Numbered from the stretch's first letter, positions 17,079 to 26,236 are shown. The stretch: 64,000 bases of DNA from Bacteroidota bacterium (GCA_038746285.1 JBCDKT010000003.1:80003-144002), one strand, 5' to 3'. Made by a program: numbers and translations. The notes: a model not told the origin generated them from the sequence alone.

Positions 17079-17448
17079 TGGAGATGCCGGGGGTCGAACC
17101 CGGGTCCGAAACGAGCTACAGTCCAGGCGTCTACATGCGTAGTCCGCGTATTGAGAGTCTTTGCCCATGTGGCGGTGCCCACGAACAGGGCTTCCACACG
17201 AGCGCAGGCTGGTTGGGTTTCACTGCTTCGGCTCAGCCGGAGCCTACGCAGCTAGCTTATCTAAGTCGATGCCTCAGGAAAGGCCGGTAAGCGAGCCAAT
17301 CGGGAGACAGATGGAGGCTTTAAGCCGCCATCGCGTACGAGTAATCGTTCGCAGTTATCAGGTTTCTCAGCGTGGGTCACGGGCGTACTGAGAACCACCC
17401 GACACGCAGCCTGCCGCACGATCGCTCCGTCGAATCCAAAACATCCCC
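17079..17448 (-). ncRNA. ssrA: tmRNA (ssrA)
   Basis: Minus-strand 5' end GGGGATGTTTTGGATTCGACGG and 3' end GGACCCGGGTTCGACCCCCGGCATCTCCA (T-arm, acceptor with G3.U). Tag ORF GCG AAC GAT TAC TCG TAC GCG ATG GCG GCT TAA gives ANDYSYAMAA (about 17320-17352). Confidence 0.88.
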
Positions 17449-17489
17449 AGTTGTAAAAGAACAGCGTCCCTCTAACCTGACGGCCTGTA

Positions 17490-17990
17490 TCAGGTTCCTT
17501 CGACCTGCTCCTCGTCGCGCTCGCGCGGGGTCCCGATGGGGAGGAAGCCGTGCGCCGCGAGGGCCTCGTTCAAGTCCGGCAGGAGGGCTCGGCGCAGGCC
17601 GCTGCCGAGGTAGGGGAGCTTGGACCGGCCCCCGGTGACGTAGCGCCGGACCGGGTGGAAGAGCACCCGGACGTGCCGGTCGCCAATCGGGACGGCGTCG
17701 AGGGAGACCGTGATGCGCCAGAGACCCCAGTGGTTGACCGTGCGGGACTCCGTCGAGACGACGTTGGGGGCGGAGGGGGTACCTTCGGTCCACCCGGCGT
17801 CGGCGAGCGCGGCCCGGAGCCGGTCGCGCACGTCTTGGGCCCCGGCCTTTTCACCCGGCACCGCTGCGCTGGCAGAGGCGACGGCAGCGGGTTCTACGTC
17901 ATAGTCCCGGTAGAGCGGCGAGAACGACGGGGCGCAGCCTGAAACCAGGAGGCTGAGCAGGAGGAGGGCGGGGAGAGTGCGCTGGTGCAT
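17490..17990 (-). CDS. Hypothetical lipoprotein
   Basis: ORF track 166 aa. Signal peptide plus lipobox LLVSGC. No family recognised. Confidence 0.5.
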   Translation of the reverse strand: MHQRTLPALLLLSLLVSGCAPSFSPLYRDYDVEPAAVASASAAVPGEKAGAQDVRDRLRAALADAGWTEGTPSAPNVVSTESRTVNHWGLWRITVSLDAVPIGDRHVRVLFHPVRRYVTGGRSKLPYLGSGLRRALLPDLNEALAAHGFLPIGTPRERDEEQVEGT

Positions 17991-18471
17991 GGCTCACGCG
18001 GAGGCGGACGGACCCTCGAACATACGGCGTCCGCGGCGGTGCGGCAGGGCAAAAAGAAAGCCGGGCGAACACGCTCACCCAAACGTGTCCGCCCGGCGCG
18101 GAGGCTGGCATCCACGGTGCGTCGTGCACGGGATGCGTCCTCACTCGAGCAAGCTCCGGCGTAAGGAGGCATATCCAGAGCTTCTGCCAATCCATCTAAC
18201 AACGGGTATGCCAAACGGGTGGGCACAACACCAAGCGCGGTTGCGAGCCTCCGGGCAGTGCGGGTGTGTGGTATCCTGCACACGTATTGTACAGATAGGT
18301 GTCAGGCACTCCGGCGTGCCCTGTCGGGGTGAAGAGGGAGTTAATCGGGGCCGTCGGCAGAACCGGCCCGGCGCGCGCTCCGTGGTAAGAACACGCGGCA
18401 CTGCTTGCCCCTGCGGGTCCTGCTGCGTACCTTACCAAGCTCTCTGTTGTACACCTGAACCCCCCGAGTCT

Positions 18472-18567
18472 ATGCCCTGCGGCCGTAAGCGCAAGCGTCA
18501 CAAGATCGCCACTCACAAGCGGAAGAAGCGGCTTCGCAAGAATCGCCACAAGAAGAAGGGGCGGTAG
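18472..18567 (+). CDS. 31-aa highly basic peptide, bS22 / AURKAIP1-COX24-like small ribosomal-protein candidate
   Basis: MPCGRKRKRHKIATHKRKKRLRKNRHKKKGR, the tail of track ORF 17977..18567. It closely resembles the ~30-aa MPSGKKRKRHKMATHKRKKRLRKNRHKKK-type peptides I recall from Bacteroidota. Confidence 0.65.
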   Translation: MPCGRKRKRHKIATHKRKKRLRKNRHKKKGR

Positions 18568-18702
18568 TCTTTCGCGCAGCCTCCTGCGTGGAGAAGCTGC
18601 ACTCGGTGAGCCGGGTGCAGCTTCTTTGCGTTGTCATCGTACCCGGACGCTGGCGTATCTTCGGTGCGCTCCAGTCCTCCGATCCCTCTCCCTTGATCCG
18701 TT

Positions 18703-19017
18703 ATGAGCGCTTCTACTGGCAGTGTCGTCCGCGCCTCCGTGCTGGGAGGGCTCGTCGGCGGCCTCACCGGCTTCGGCCTCGGGCTCATCCTCGCGCCCAA
18801 CGAGGGGCGTACGGCCCGCCGCCGCCTGGCCTACCTGCTCGACCGCTGGTCGCGGCAGGTGGCGAAGCTCGTGGACCAGCTCGGGTCCGAAGAGGTGCAG
18901 AGCGGCGCGCGGGAGAGCGGGGCTGCCCTCATTGCCGACGCGCGCGAGCAAGCCGAGCGCATCCTCCGCGACGCCAACTCGCTCATCAGCGAAGTGCGTC
19001 AGCGGCCTGCCGACTAA
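18703..19017 (+). CDS. YtxH domain-containing protein
   Basis: ORF track 104 aa. N-terminal glycine-rich TM segment (GGLVGGLTGFGLGLILAP) followed by an amphipathic helical region. Confidence 0.7.
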   Translation: MSASTGSVVRASVLGGLVGGLTGFGLGLILAPNEGRTARRRLAYLLDRWSRQVAKLVDQLGSEEVQSGARESGAALIADAREQAERILRDANSLISEVRQRPAD

Positions 19018-19109
19018 TCACATCCCCCTTCTTGCCTTTCCAGGCCGCGTAGGCCGCCGGCCCCGACCGGTTGGGCCGCCGGTCGTTGGGTTTCACCCGA
19101 CCCACCTCT

Positions 19110-20030
19110 ATGGCCGACTTTGCGATTCTGCTGGCGAGCGCCGAGGGCAAGGCCCCCGGCGGCAATCCCCTCGCCCCGGACATGTTCGACTATCGGACTT
19201 CGAACACGTTCAACTACTTCTCCGACCTCAACCCTGAGCGCCGGGGCATCATCAAGGAGCTTCAGTCGGTCATCCAGGACAGCGACGAGAGAGCGCTGGA
19301 GAAACTGTTCGGTGTGAAGGGGGCCACGCTGGAAGAGGCGGTGCGCGTCAACCTTGACGTCTTCGGGAGCCCGCTGCTGGCGGCGGTGGACCGCTACAAC
19401 CCCGGCGTGATGTACGCCTCGATGGAGTTTCCTGAGTTGCCGACCGGGGCGCAGCGACGCCTGCTCGAAAACGGCGTCATCTTCTCCGGCCTCTTCGGCC
19501 TGCTCCGCCCGGACGATCTGATCCCGAACTACCGCCTCAAGATGGACGCCCGGCTACCCGAGGCCGGCAAGCTCTCCGCGTTCTGGAAGCCCATGCTGAG
19601 CCAGGCGCTCAACGACGCGCTCAAGGGCAAGTTCGTGTGGGACCTGCTCCCCGGTGCCCACCGCGACGCGTGGGACGACGACGGCTCCTACCGCGCGCTC
19701 GTCCAGGTTAAGTTCTACGACGAGAACAGCGGCGAGCGCAAGGCGGTCACGCACAACGTGAAGCAGCTTCGCGGGGCCCTCGTCAACTACATCGTCCGCG
19801 ACCCGGCCGAAAGCATCGAAGCGCTCCTCGACTGGGAAGCCCCGGGCGGGTTCGAGCTGGACGAGGACGAGACCACGTTCGACGACGAAACGAAGACGGG
19901 CACGGTGGTGATGGTCTCGCGGCCCGGCTGGGAGAAGCGCCGCGAGCAGCGCCGCGTCCGCCGCGCCGAGGAGGCCGCAGAGAAGGCCGCCGCCAAAGCC
20001 GCCCGCGAAGCCGAAGACGACGAGGAGTAG
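19110..20030 (+). CDS. yaaA: YaaA-family (UPF0246/DUF328) peroxide-stress protein with acidic/lysine-rich C-terminal tail
   Basis: In-frame ATG 19110 of ORF 19071..20030. MADFAILLASAEGK...VDRYNPGVMY...IFSGLFGLLRPDDLIPNYRLKM...AFWKP. Confidence 0.72.
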   Translation: MADFAILLASAEGKAPGGNPLAPDMFDYRTSNTFNYFSDLNPERRGIIKELQSVIQDSDERALEKLFGVKGATLEEAVRVNLDVFGSPLLAAVDRYNPGVMYASMEFPELPTGAQRRLLENGVIFSGLFGLLRPDDLIPNYRLKMDARLPEAGKLSAFWKPMLSQALNDALKGKFVWDLLPGAHRDAWDDDGSYRALVQVKFYDENSGERKAVTHNVKQLRGALVNYIVRDPAESIEALLDWEAPGGFELDEDETTFDDETKTGTVVMVSRPGWEKRREQRRVRRAEEAAEKAAAKAAREAEDDEE

Positions 20031-20093
20031 GAGAGTGGGAGGAGTGGGAGGAGTGGGAGGAGTGGGAGGAGTGGGAGGAGTGGGAGGAGTGGA
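20031..20093. repeat. 9-bp tandem repeat (GGAGTGGGA), about 6.5 copies, intergenic
   Basis: GAGAGTGGGA GGAGTGGGA x5 GGAGTGGAA, directly after the yaaA stop and about 100-160 bp upstream of udk. Confidence 0.9.
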
Positions 20094-20189
20094 AAGAAAA
20101 GCCGAGAAAGCTAACGAGACCCTCGCGCTTCGCGCCAACCGTCTTCTGTCCTCCGCCTCACCGTCCTCCGTCCACTGTCCTCTGAGCCC

Positions 20190-20813
20190 ATGCCGGTCGT
20201 CATCGGAATCGCGGGCGGGTCGGGCTCCGGCAAGACGACGGTGCAGCGGCAGATCATCGAGGTCTTCGGGCCGGACCGGATCGCCCTCCTCGACCACGAC
20301 TCGTACTACGTCGACCTCGCGCACCTCCCTCAGGCCGAGCGCGCCGGGTTCAACTTCGACCACCCCGAGGCGCTCGAAACCGACCTCATGGTCGCCCACC
20401 TCGACCGCCTCCTCGCGGGCGAACCCGTCGAGAAGCCGGCCTACGACTTCACGACCCACAGCCGCCGGGCCGAGACCGAGACGGTCCATCCGCACCCGGT
20501 CCTGATCGTCGAGGGCATTCTCGTGCTCGGCGAGCCGTCGCTCCGCAGGCGGATGGACGTCAAACTCTTCGTCGATGCCCCGGACGACGTCCGCCTGATC
20601 CGCCGCATCCAGCGCGACATGCACGAGCGCGGGCGCGAGATCGAGACGGTCCTCCAGCAGTACCAACTCACCGTCCGCCCGATGCACCTGGAGTTCGTCG
20701 AGCCCTCGAAGCGCCACGCCGACGTCATCATCCCGCACGGCGGGCACAACCGCGTCGCGCTCGACATGGTGCTGGCGCACGTCCAGCGGATGCTGACCCG
20801 AGCCGAGCTGTAG
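20190..20813 (+). CDS. udk: Uridine kinase
   Basis: ORF track 207 aa. VIGIAGGSGSGKTT P-loop, DHDSYY, NFDHPEA, LIVEGIL, RRIQRD. Confidence 0.9.
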   Translation: MPVVIGIAGGSGSGKTTVQRQIIEVFGPDRIALLDHDSYYVDLAHLPQAERAGFNFDHPEALETDLMVAHLDRLLAGEPVEKPAYDFTTHSRRAETETVHPHPVLIVEGILVLGEPSLRRRMDVKLFVDAPDDVRLIRRIQRDMHERGREIETVLQQYQLTVRPMHLEFVEPSKRHADVIIPHGGHNRVALDMVLAHVQRMLTRAEL

Positions 20814-20863
20814 CAGCAGAATTGGGTCCGGCGTAGTTTGCCGCTTCGCCCATCTGCCTGCCG

Positions 20864-22159
20864 ATGCCTCGCCGCGCCGCCCTCTGCCTCTGCCTGCTCC
20901 TCGCCGCCTGCGCCGACGCGCCCGCGCCCGAGACGCTCAGCGTCGAGCCGGACGCTGTCGCGGAGGTGGACGACACCAGCCCAGTGATCTACGAGGTCTT
21001 CGTTCGCAGCTTCACGCCGGAGGGGACGTTCAGGGCGATGATTCCCCGGCTCGATGGGTTGAAACAGCTCGGCGTGGACGTGCTCTGGCTGATGCCGATC
21101 CACCCGGTCGGCGAGGAGCGAAAGAAAGGCACCCTCGGCTCGCCCTATGCTATCCGCGACTACAAAGCCGTCAACCCCCGCTTCGGGACGATGGACGACT
21201 TCCGGGCGCTCGTCGACGCCGTTCACGCCCGCGATATGCGGATCATCATCGACCTCGTCGCCAACCACACGGCGTGGGACCACGCGTGGGTCGCCGAGCA
21301 CCCCGAGTGGTACACCCACGACGCGTCGGGTGCGATCATCCATCCGGCGAACACCGACTGGACCGATGTGGCCGATCTCAACTACGACGACCCCGGCGTG
21401 CGCACGGCGATGCGCGAGGCAATGCGGTTCTGGGTCGAAGAGGTCGGCATCGACGGCTACCGCTGCGACGTGGCCGACTTGGTGCCGATGGACTTCTGGC
21501 GCGAGGCCATCGCCGAACTCGAATCCGTCAAGCCGGTGCTCATGCTCGCCGAGGGGTCGGACCCCGAGTTGCACGACGCAGGTTTCGACCTCAACTACGC
21601 CTGGGACACCTACGCCGCGATGAAAGCCATCTGGCGCGGTGCCCCCGCCGACACGCTCTTCACCGTTCTGGAGGCCGAGCGCGAGCGCTACGGCGCCAGC
21701 GCCCGGATGCGCTTCACCACCAACCACGACGAGACCGCGTGGGACGACACCCCGCTCGCCCTCTTCGGCGGGACCGAAGGCGCGCAGGCGGCCGCCGTCG
21801 TCGCGGCGACGCTGCCGGGCGCGTTCCTCGTCTACAACGGGCAGGAAGTCGGCGACCCGCAGCGCATCCCGCTCTTCGAGAAAACCACCGTTGCGTGGGG
21901 CACCGACCCGGCGATGCGCGCCTTCTACGCCGACCTGCTGGCACAGCGCGACCAGTTTGATTCAGGCATCTTGGAAATGCTCGAACACGACGCAGCGGCT
22001 GATGTGCTCGCTTACGAACGCTACGAGTCCGCTGATGCAGGCGTAGGTCAACGCATCACGGTAAACGTCCGCAACCAAACTGTCACGTTCTCACCGCGAT
22101 GGTCTGCCGATCCTGTGGAGCTAGCACCCTACGAATGGCGCATAGACCTTACACACTAA
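20864..22159 (+). CDS. Alpha-amylase family (GH13) glycoside hydrolase, lipoprotein
   Basis: ORF track 431 aa. Lipobox LLAAC. GVDVLWLMPIH, DLVANHTA, GYRCDVA, MLAEG, FTTNHDE (GH13 conserved regions). Confidence 0.85.
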   Translation: MPRRAALCLCLLLAACADAPAPETLSVEPDAVAEVDDTSPVIYEVFVRSFTPEGTFRAMIPRLDGLKQLGVDVLWLMPIHPVGEERKKGTLGSPYAIRDYKAVNPRFGTMDDFRALVDAVHARDMRIIIDLVANHTAWDHAWVAEHPEWYTHDASGAIIHPANTDWTDVADLNYDDPGVRTAMREAMRFWVEEVGIDGYRCDVADLVPMDFWREAIAELESVKPVLMLAEGSDPELHDAGFDLNYAWDTYAAMKAIWRGAPADTLFTVLEAERERYGASARMRFTTNHDETAWDDTPLALFGGTEGAQAAAVVAATLPGAFLVYNGQEVGDPQRIPLFEKTTVAWGTDPAMRAFYADLLAQRDQFDSGILEMLEHDAAADVLAYERYESADAGVGQRITVNVRNQTVTFSPRWSADPVELAPYEWRIDLTH

Positions 22160-22920
22160 GGGTTGAGACCGAGCAGCACGCGGACGCCGCGCAGGACGAG
22201 GTGTGACTCGGTGTGATCGATCCGGCTGATGTGCTCGGCGAGCAGACCGCCCCACCCGCCGGTGGCGATGACGAGCGGCTCGGCGTCGAGTTCGCCAGCG
22301 ACGCGGGCGAGGAGGCCGCGCACGCCGTCGAGGAAGGGCAGCATGGTGCCTGCGTGCACTCCCTCTTCGGTCGAGCGGCCGACGGCCCGTTTCGGGATCT
22401 CGGCTTCGACTTCGGGAAGCTGGCCGGTGCCCCGGGCCAGGGCGCGGCGCACGAGGTCCGGCCCCGCGCCAATCGCCCCGCCGAGAAATACACCGTCCGC
22501 ACTCACCACCTCGACGGTCACCGCTGTCCCGGCATCGACGACCACGAGCGGTCGGTCGGGCGCGTCCGTGCGGTACCGGTTCCACGCTCCGGCAGCAGCA
22601 GCGAGTCGGTCGGCCCCCAGCGTTTCCGGTGTCCGGTAGCCCATCTCGAACGGGAGCGCGAGCGACGGACGGACGAGCACCGGCACCCGCAGCGTCTCGG
22701 CGCGCACGGCTTCGGTCACCCGCTCCGCCACGCCCGGCACAACGGACGCGATCCCGATGCGCTCGACCTCAGCACCGTCGAGATGCCGTCGCAGCGTATG
22801 CCTGTAGGTGGGGACGGACGCGGCCGGGTCGGTAGCAAGGCGGAATGTGCGCGCGAGGTGCGCCCCGTCGAACAGGCCGCCTTTGACGGCCGTGTTGCCG
22901 ATATCGAGGGCGAGGATCAC
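22156..22920 (-). CDS. coaX: Type III pantothenate kinase
   Basis: In-frame GTG 22920 of ORF 22156..23739, directly abutting the birA stop. VILALDIGNTAVKGGLF...VVVDAGTAVT...GGAIGAGP...VIATGG. Confidence 0.85.
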   Translation of the reverse strand: MILALDIGNTAVKGGLFDGAHLARTFRLATDPAASVPTYRHTLRRHLDGAEVERIGIASVVPGVAERVTEAVRAETLRVPVLVRPSLALPFEMGYRTPETLGADRLAAAAGAWNRYRTDAPDRPLVVVDAGTAVTVEVVSADGVFLGGAIGAGPDLVRRALARGTGQLPEVEAEIPKRAVGRSTEEGVHAGTMLPFLDGVRGLLARVAGELDAEPLVIATGGWGGLLAEHISRIDHTESHLVLRGVRVLLGLNP

Positions 22921-23747
22921 GAAGCCGAGGCGTGTGCGTGACCGGACTGAAACGTTACGTCGCCCGCGTGCAGGACTCTGGTCCCGGTCTCGGTGCGGAG
23001 GCAAAGCGCGCCGGCGGCGTCGATGCCTTCGACGACGCCGCGCGCGGCGCGGCCGTCCTGCGTGAGACGGACCGAGACCGCCGTTCCCCGTCCGGTCATG
23101 CGCTCGGTAAAGGCTTCGCGAACGGCCGCGTCGTTGCCCGCAGCGAGTTGACCGGCCCAGTATTCCAGCCTCTCCAGCAGCCGGGCGAGCAGGGCCGCGC
23201 GCGGAATGAGGCGACCCGTCTCCAGGCGAAGCGACGTGGCCCGGTCGGCCAGCGCGTCGGGAAACGCGTCCTGGTTGACGTTGAGCCCGATGCCGAGTAC
23301 GACGAAGCGGGGGGCGTCGAGGCTCGACTCCAGCAGCATCCCGCAGCACTTCCGGCCGCCGAGCAGCACGTCGTTCGGCCACTTGATGCGCGGCTCGGCG
23401 GGGTCGGTCCATGCCTCCACGGCCTCGGCCACGGCGACGCCGCCGGCGAGCGTGACCAGGCTGAGGCGTTCCGGCGGGAGTGCCGGCCGCAGCACGACCG
23501 AAAAGAGGAGGCCCTGCCCGGACCTGTCGGTCCATGAGCGCCCGAGCCGGCCGCGCCCCGCCGTCTGGTGCTCGGCCACGACGATGGCACCTTCCGGCGC
23601 GCCAGCCCGCGCCCACTGCACCGCCTCGGTGTTCGTCGAGCCGACCGTCTCGAAGCCTCGCTGCACGCGCCCGAAGCGGTCGGTGCGGAGCAGCGGGGCG
23701 AGGTCGCGGAGGAGAGAGAGAGGGGCCGGCATGGTGCAAGGTAGCAC
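22917..23747 (-). CDS. birA: Biotin--[acetyl-CoA-carboxylase] ligase
   Basis: ORF track 276 aa. VAEHQTAGRGRLGRSW, LLFSVVLRP, IKWPNDVL. The start could instead be the internal ATG at 23732. Confidence 0.85.
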   Translation of the reverse strand: MLPCTMPAPLSLLRDLAPLLRTDRFGRVQRGFETVGSTNTEAVQWARAGAPEGAIVVAEHQTAGRGRLGRSWTDRSGQGLLFSVVLRPALPPERLSLVTLAGGVAVAEAVEAWTDPAEPRIKWPNDVLLGGRKCCGMLLESSLDAPRFVVLGIGLNVNQDAFPDALADRATSLRLETGRLIPRAALLARLLERLEYWAGQLAAGNDAAVREAFTERMTGRGTAVSVRLTQDGRAARGVVEGIDAAGALCLRTETGTRVLHAGDVTFQSGHAHASAS

Positions 23748-23791
23748 GCCGAATAGCAGCGGGGTGCGCTACCGTCAGCGGCGCGCTCTGC

Positions 23792-24547
23792 TCAGTACGC
23801 GTAGCGGCGTGTGAGGCGAAGGCGTCGGGGCGTCGCCAGCGGTGCGCCGAGCATCGTCTCGACGTGCGTCCTGTAGGGTCGCCAGCCGTCCGGTCCAGGA
23901 TGGAGCAGTACCGACGACGCGGTCGTCTCCCCGAAGAGCACGGCGTCCATCACGCGCCGCAGCCGGAACCCGACCAGCGCCTCGGTCTCGGGGTCGAGGT
24001 AGAGGCGGGCGCTGCGCAGCGGCTGGCCGTCGCCCTCGCCGGGACGGGCCTCGACGGTCAGCACCCGCACCGGTCGGTCGCCGAGGAGCGTGTCCGGTGC
24101 CGTGCCGAAGCGGAACGCCTCGCGCCCGCGCGCGTCAAGCCACGGGGCGTCTGCGGGAAGGCGCGGCGCGACCGGGGGCTCGTCAAGGGCAGCGCGCCAC
24201 ACGGCCTCACCGCCGAAGGCACCGAACGCAAAAGCCCCGGCGGAATCGGTCGAAACCATGGTGACGCCGTCTGCCGTGTGCTGCGTCGTGCGTGTCCGCG
24301 AAGCCAGGAGCGTGCCGTCTGCGCCGAGCTGCTCGACCTGCGTCTCCAGAACGTGCGGGGCCGCGCCGAGCCGCGCGAAGGCCCGGGTGAGGTCGTCCGG
24401 GTCGAGAGCGCCGAGAAGCGCGAGGATGGAATCGCGCTCAGCCGCCTCGGTGGCCGAGAGCGGAGTGGGAGGCGGCTCGGCACAGGCCGCGAGGAGGAGG
24501 AACAGAAGCGGGACGAAGCGCACGGGCGAAGCGGGGCAGAAAACCAA
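23792..24547 (-). CDS. Hypothetical lipoprotein
   Basis: ORF track 251 aa. Lipobox LLAAC. No family recognised. Confidence 0.5.
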   Translation of the reverse strand: MVFCPASPVRFVPLLFLLLAACAEPPPTPLSATEAAERDSILALLGALDPDDLTRAFARLGAAPHVLETQVEQLGADGTLLASRTRTTQHTADGVTMVSTDSAGAFAFGAFGGEAVWRAALDEPPVAPRLPADAPWLDARGREAFRFGTAPDTLLGDRPVRVLTVEARPGEGDGQPLRSARLYLDPETEALVGFRLRRVMDAVLFGETTASSVLLHPGPDGWRPYRTHVETMLGAPLATPRRLRLTRRYAY

Positions 24548-24612
24548 ATCGTGAACCGGGAACCGCCAGGGGCGACCGCCGGTGGTTGCGGCCTCTCCAA
24601 CGCCTCTCCCGT

Positions 24613-25461
24613 ATGCCTGCTCCCGACTACCAACAGGAACTCGACGCCGCCGTCGCGGCGGCTCGGCAGGCCGGGGCTCTCGTCCGCGCGCGCATCGGGC
24701 AGGCCGGGGCGGTTCAGGAAAAAGGCCTCCACGACCTCGTCACGGAGACCGACGAAGCCTCGCAGCGCCTGATCCTCAACGTGCTGGCCAACGCGTGCCC
24801 CGGCATCGAGGCGCTCGCCGAGGAGGGCGCGTCGGAGGAAGAGCTTCGGGGCGGCTATGGCCGGCCCCGCTGGATCATCGATCCCATCGACGGAACGACC
24901 AATTTTACGCACGGTGTGTCTCCGTTTTGCATCTCGATCGCTCTCCACGACGGCGCCGACCTCGTGCTCGGCGTCGTCTACGAGGTCACGGCCGACGAAC
25001 TCTTTGCCGCCGTGCGGGGCCGGGGGCTGACGCTTAACGGCGTGCCCGCCAGCGTGAGCGGCACCGAGGAGTTAGAGCACAGCCTCATCACCACCGGCTT
25101 CCCGTTCCGCCTGTTCTGGTACCTCGACGCCTACCTCGACGTGCTACGCCAGCTCATGCTTTCCACGCGCGGGCTCCGCCGTCCCGGCGCGGCGGCGGCC
25201 GACCTGGCCTACGTAGCCTGCGGCCGCTTCGACGGGTACTTCGAGGCCGGGATCGCGCCGTGGGATGTGGCGGCTGGGATCGTGCTCGTCCGCGAAGGCG
25301 GGGGGCGCGTGACGACGCTCGGCGGGGCGGAGCAGGGCATGCTCTTTGGTGGCCAGATTCTTGCTACCAACGGCCACCTCCACCAGCCGATGCAAACGAT
25401 CACCGCACCGCTCGGTAAAGCTTACGCCGCGGGGCTGAGTCCGTCCGATCGGACACGCTAG
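24613..25461 (+). CDS. Inositol monophosphatase family protein
   Basis: In-frame ATG 24613 of ORF 24586..25461. DLVTETD, WIIDPIDGTTNF, AAADLAYVACGRFDGYFE. Confidence 0.85.
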   Translation: MPAPDYQQELDAAVAAARQAGALVRARIGQAGAVQEKGLHDLVTETDEASQRLILNVLANACPGIEALAEEGASEEELRGGYGRPRWIIDPIDGTTNFTHGVSPFCISIALHDGADLVLGVVYEVTADELFAAVRGRGLTLNGVPASVSGTEELEHSLITTGFPFRLFWYLDAYLDVLRQLMLSTRGLRRPGAAAADLAYVACGRFDGYFEAGIAPWDVAAGIVLVREGGGRVTTLGGAEQGMLFGGQILATNGHLHQPMQTITAPLGKAYAAGLSPSDRTR

Positions 25462-25640
25462 CGTGACGCGGCCGGATAAGTGAAGCGGCACGCGCGATCT
25501 AGTTAGGCTTTTTCTCCTTAACATGGCCCTGCCGAGGACGATATCAGGCTCAGGTTCACAGACGGCGCACCCCGTGGCTCCCGGGTGTGGTCCGAGTCCC
25601 CGCTGAGTTTCGTCCCCTCTCCCCCTCCGCGCTTCAGCCC

Positions 25641-26111
25641 ATGAGTCTCCAGCCCTCTACGTCCGCGAAGCCCGCCACTCCAGAGACCCCTGCGCGTCCG
25701 GTTGTCCTCGTCGTAGACGACTACGCCGAGACCCGGCGCCTGATCTACTTCTACCTCCGCGACGAGTACGAGGTCGTAGAGGTGGACTCGGCCGAGAAGG
25801 CGGTGGCCTACCTCGCTGAAGGCAACCCGGCCCACCTCGTGGTAATGGACATCAACTTCCAGGACGGGATGAACGGGATGACGGCCACCGAGCAGATCCG
25901 CTCCAACCCGGCCCTCAAGAACCTGCCGATTCTCGCCACCTCGGCCTACGCCTACCCCGACGACCGCACGCGCTTCCTCGAGACCGGCTTCGACGACTAC
26001 ATCGCCAAGCCGCTGTTCAAGGAGCGGACGCTCAAGAAGGTTCGCAGCATGCTCGGCGGCAACGGACAGGGCGTGTGGGTGACGAAGAAGCAGGAGAACG
26101 GCGAGGCGTAG
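25641..26111 (+). CDS. Single-domain response regulator (receiver)
   Basis: In-frame ATG 25641 of ORF 25587..26111. VVLVVDDYAETRR..., VVMDINFQDGMNG, ILATSAY, DDYIAKP. Confidence 0.8.
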   Translation: MSLQPSTSAKPATPETPARPVVLVVDDYAETRRLIYFYLRDEYEVVEVDSAEKAVAYLAEGNPAHLVVMDINFQDGMNGMTATEQIRSNPALKNLPILATSAYAYPDDRTRFLETGFDDYIAKPLFKERTLKKVRSMLGGNGQGVWVTKKQENGEA

Positions 26112-26177
26112 GGCCGGACCGAACGGCACCCGGCCGGAAGAAGATGCCGGAACGGCTTGCCGCAATTTCTCGAAATC

Positions 26178-26218
26178 GGAAGGGGCGGGCTGCCTAGTTT
26201 GGGCGGCCCGCCCCTTCC
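26178..26218 (+). terminator. Strong GC hairpin after the response-regulator gene (terminator-like, no T-run)
   Basis: GGAAGGGGCGGGC (26178-26190) pairs perfectly with GCCCGCCCCTTCC (26206-26218). 13-bp stem. Confidence 0.5.
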
Positions 26219-26236
26219 GGTTCAACCCCGCCTCTC

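Noticed and set aside
17230-17262. Alternative tmRNA tag reading GIDLDKLAA.
   Set aside because: It lies downstream of the better candidate. The upstream frame GCGAACGATTACTCGTACGCGATGGCGGCTTAA (ANDYSYAMAA) has the canonical context (..UAACU-GCG) and an -AMAA ending.
17991-18471. RNase P RNA or SRP (4.5S) RNA in the ORF-free region.
   Set aside because: There are superficial resemblances: GAAAGCCGGGCG, GGCAGAACCGGCCC and GGTAAGAACACG on the plus strand, and CAGG-ACCC-GCAG-GGG-CAAGCAG on the minus strand. However, the universally conserved GAGGAAAGUCCGGGC / ACAGAAxCCGGCUUA pairing and the order of conserved regions do not fit RNase P. The internal-loop geometry does not fit SRP domain IV either. 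Neither call is supportable without a covariance-model hit.
20031-20093. Tandem repeat considered as a CRISPR-like array or a coding (VGG)n / (PTP)n repeat.
   Set aside because: The unit is only 9 bp with no spacers, so it is not CRISPR. The ORFs spanning it (20035..20505 plus strand, 19554..20780 minus strand) are otherwise shadow frames over udk and yaaA.
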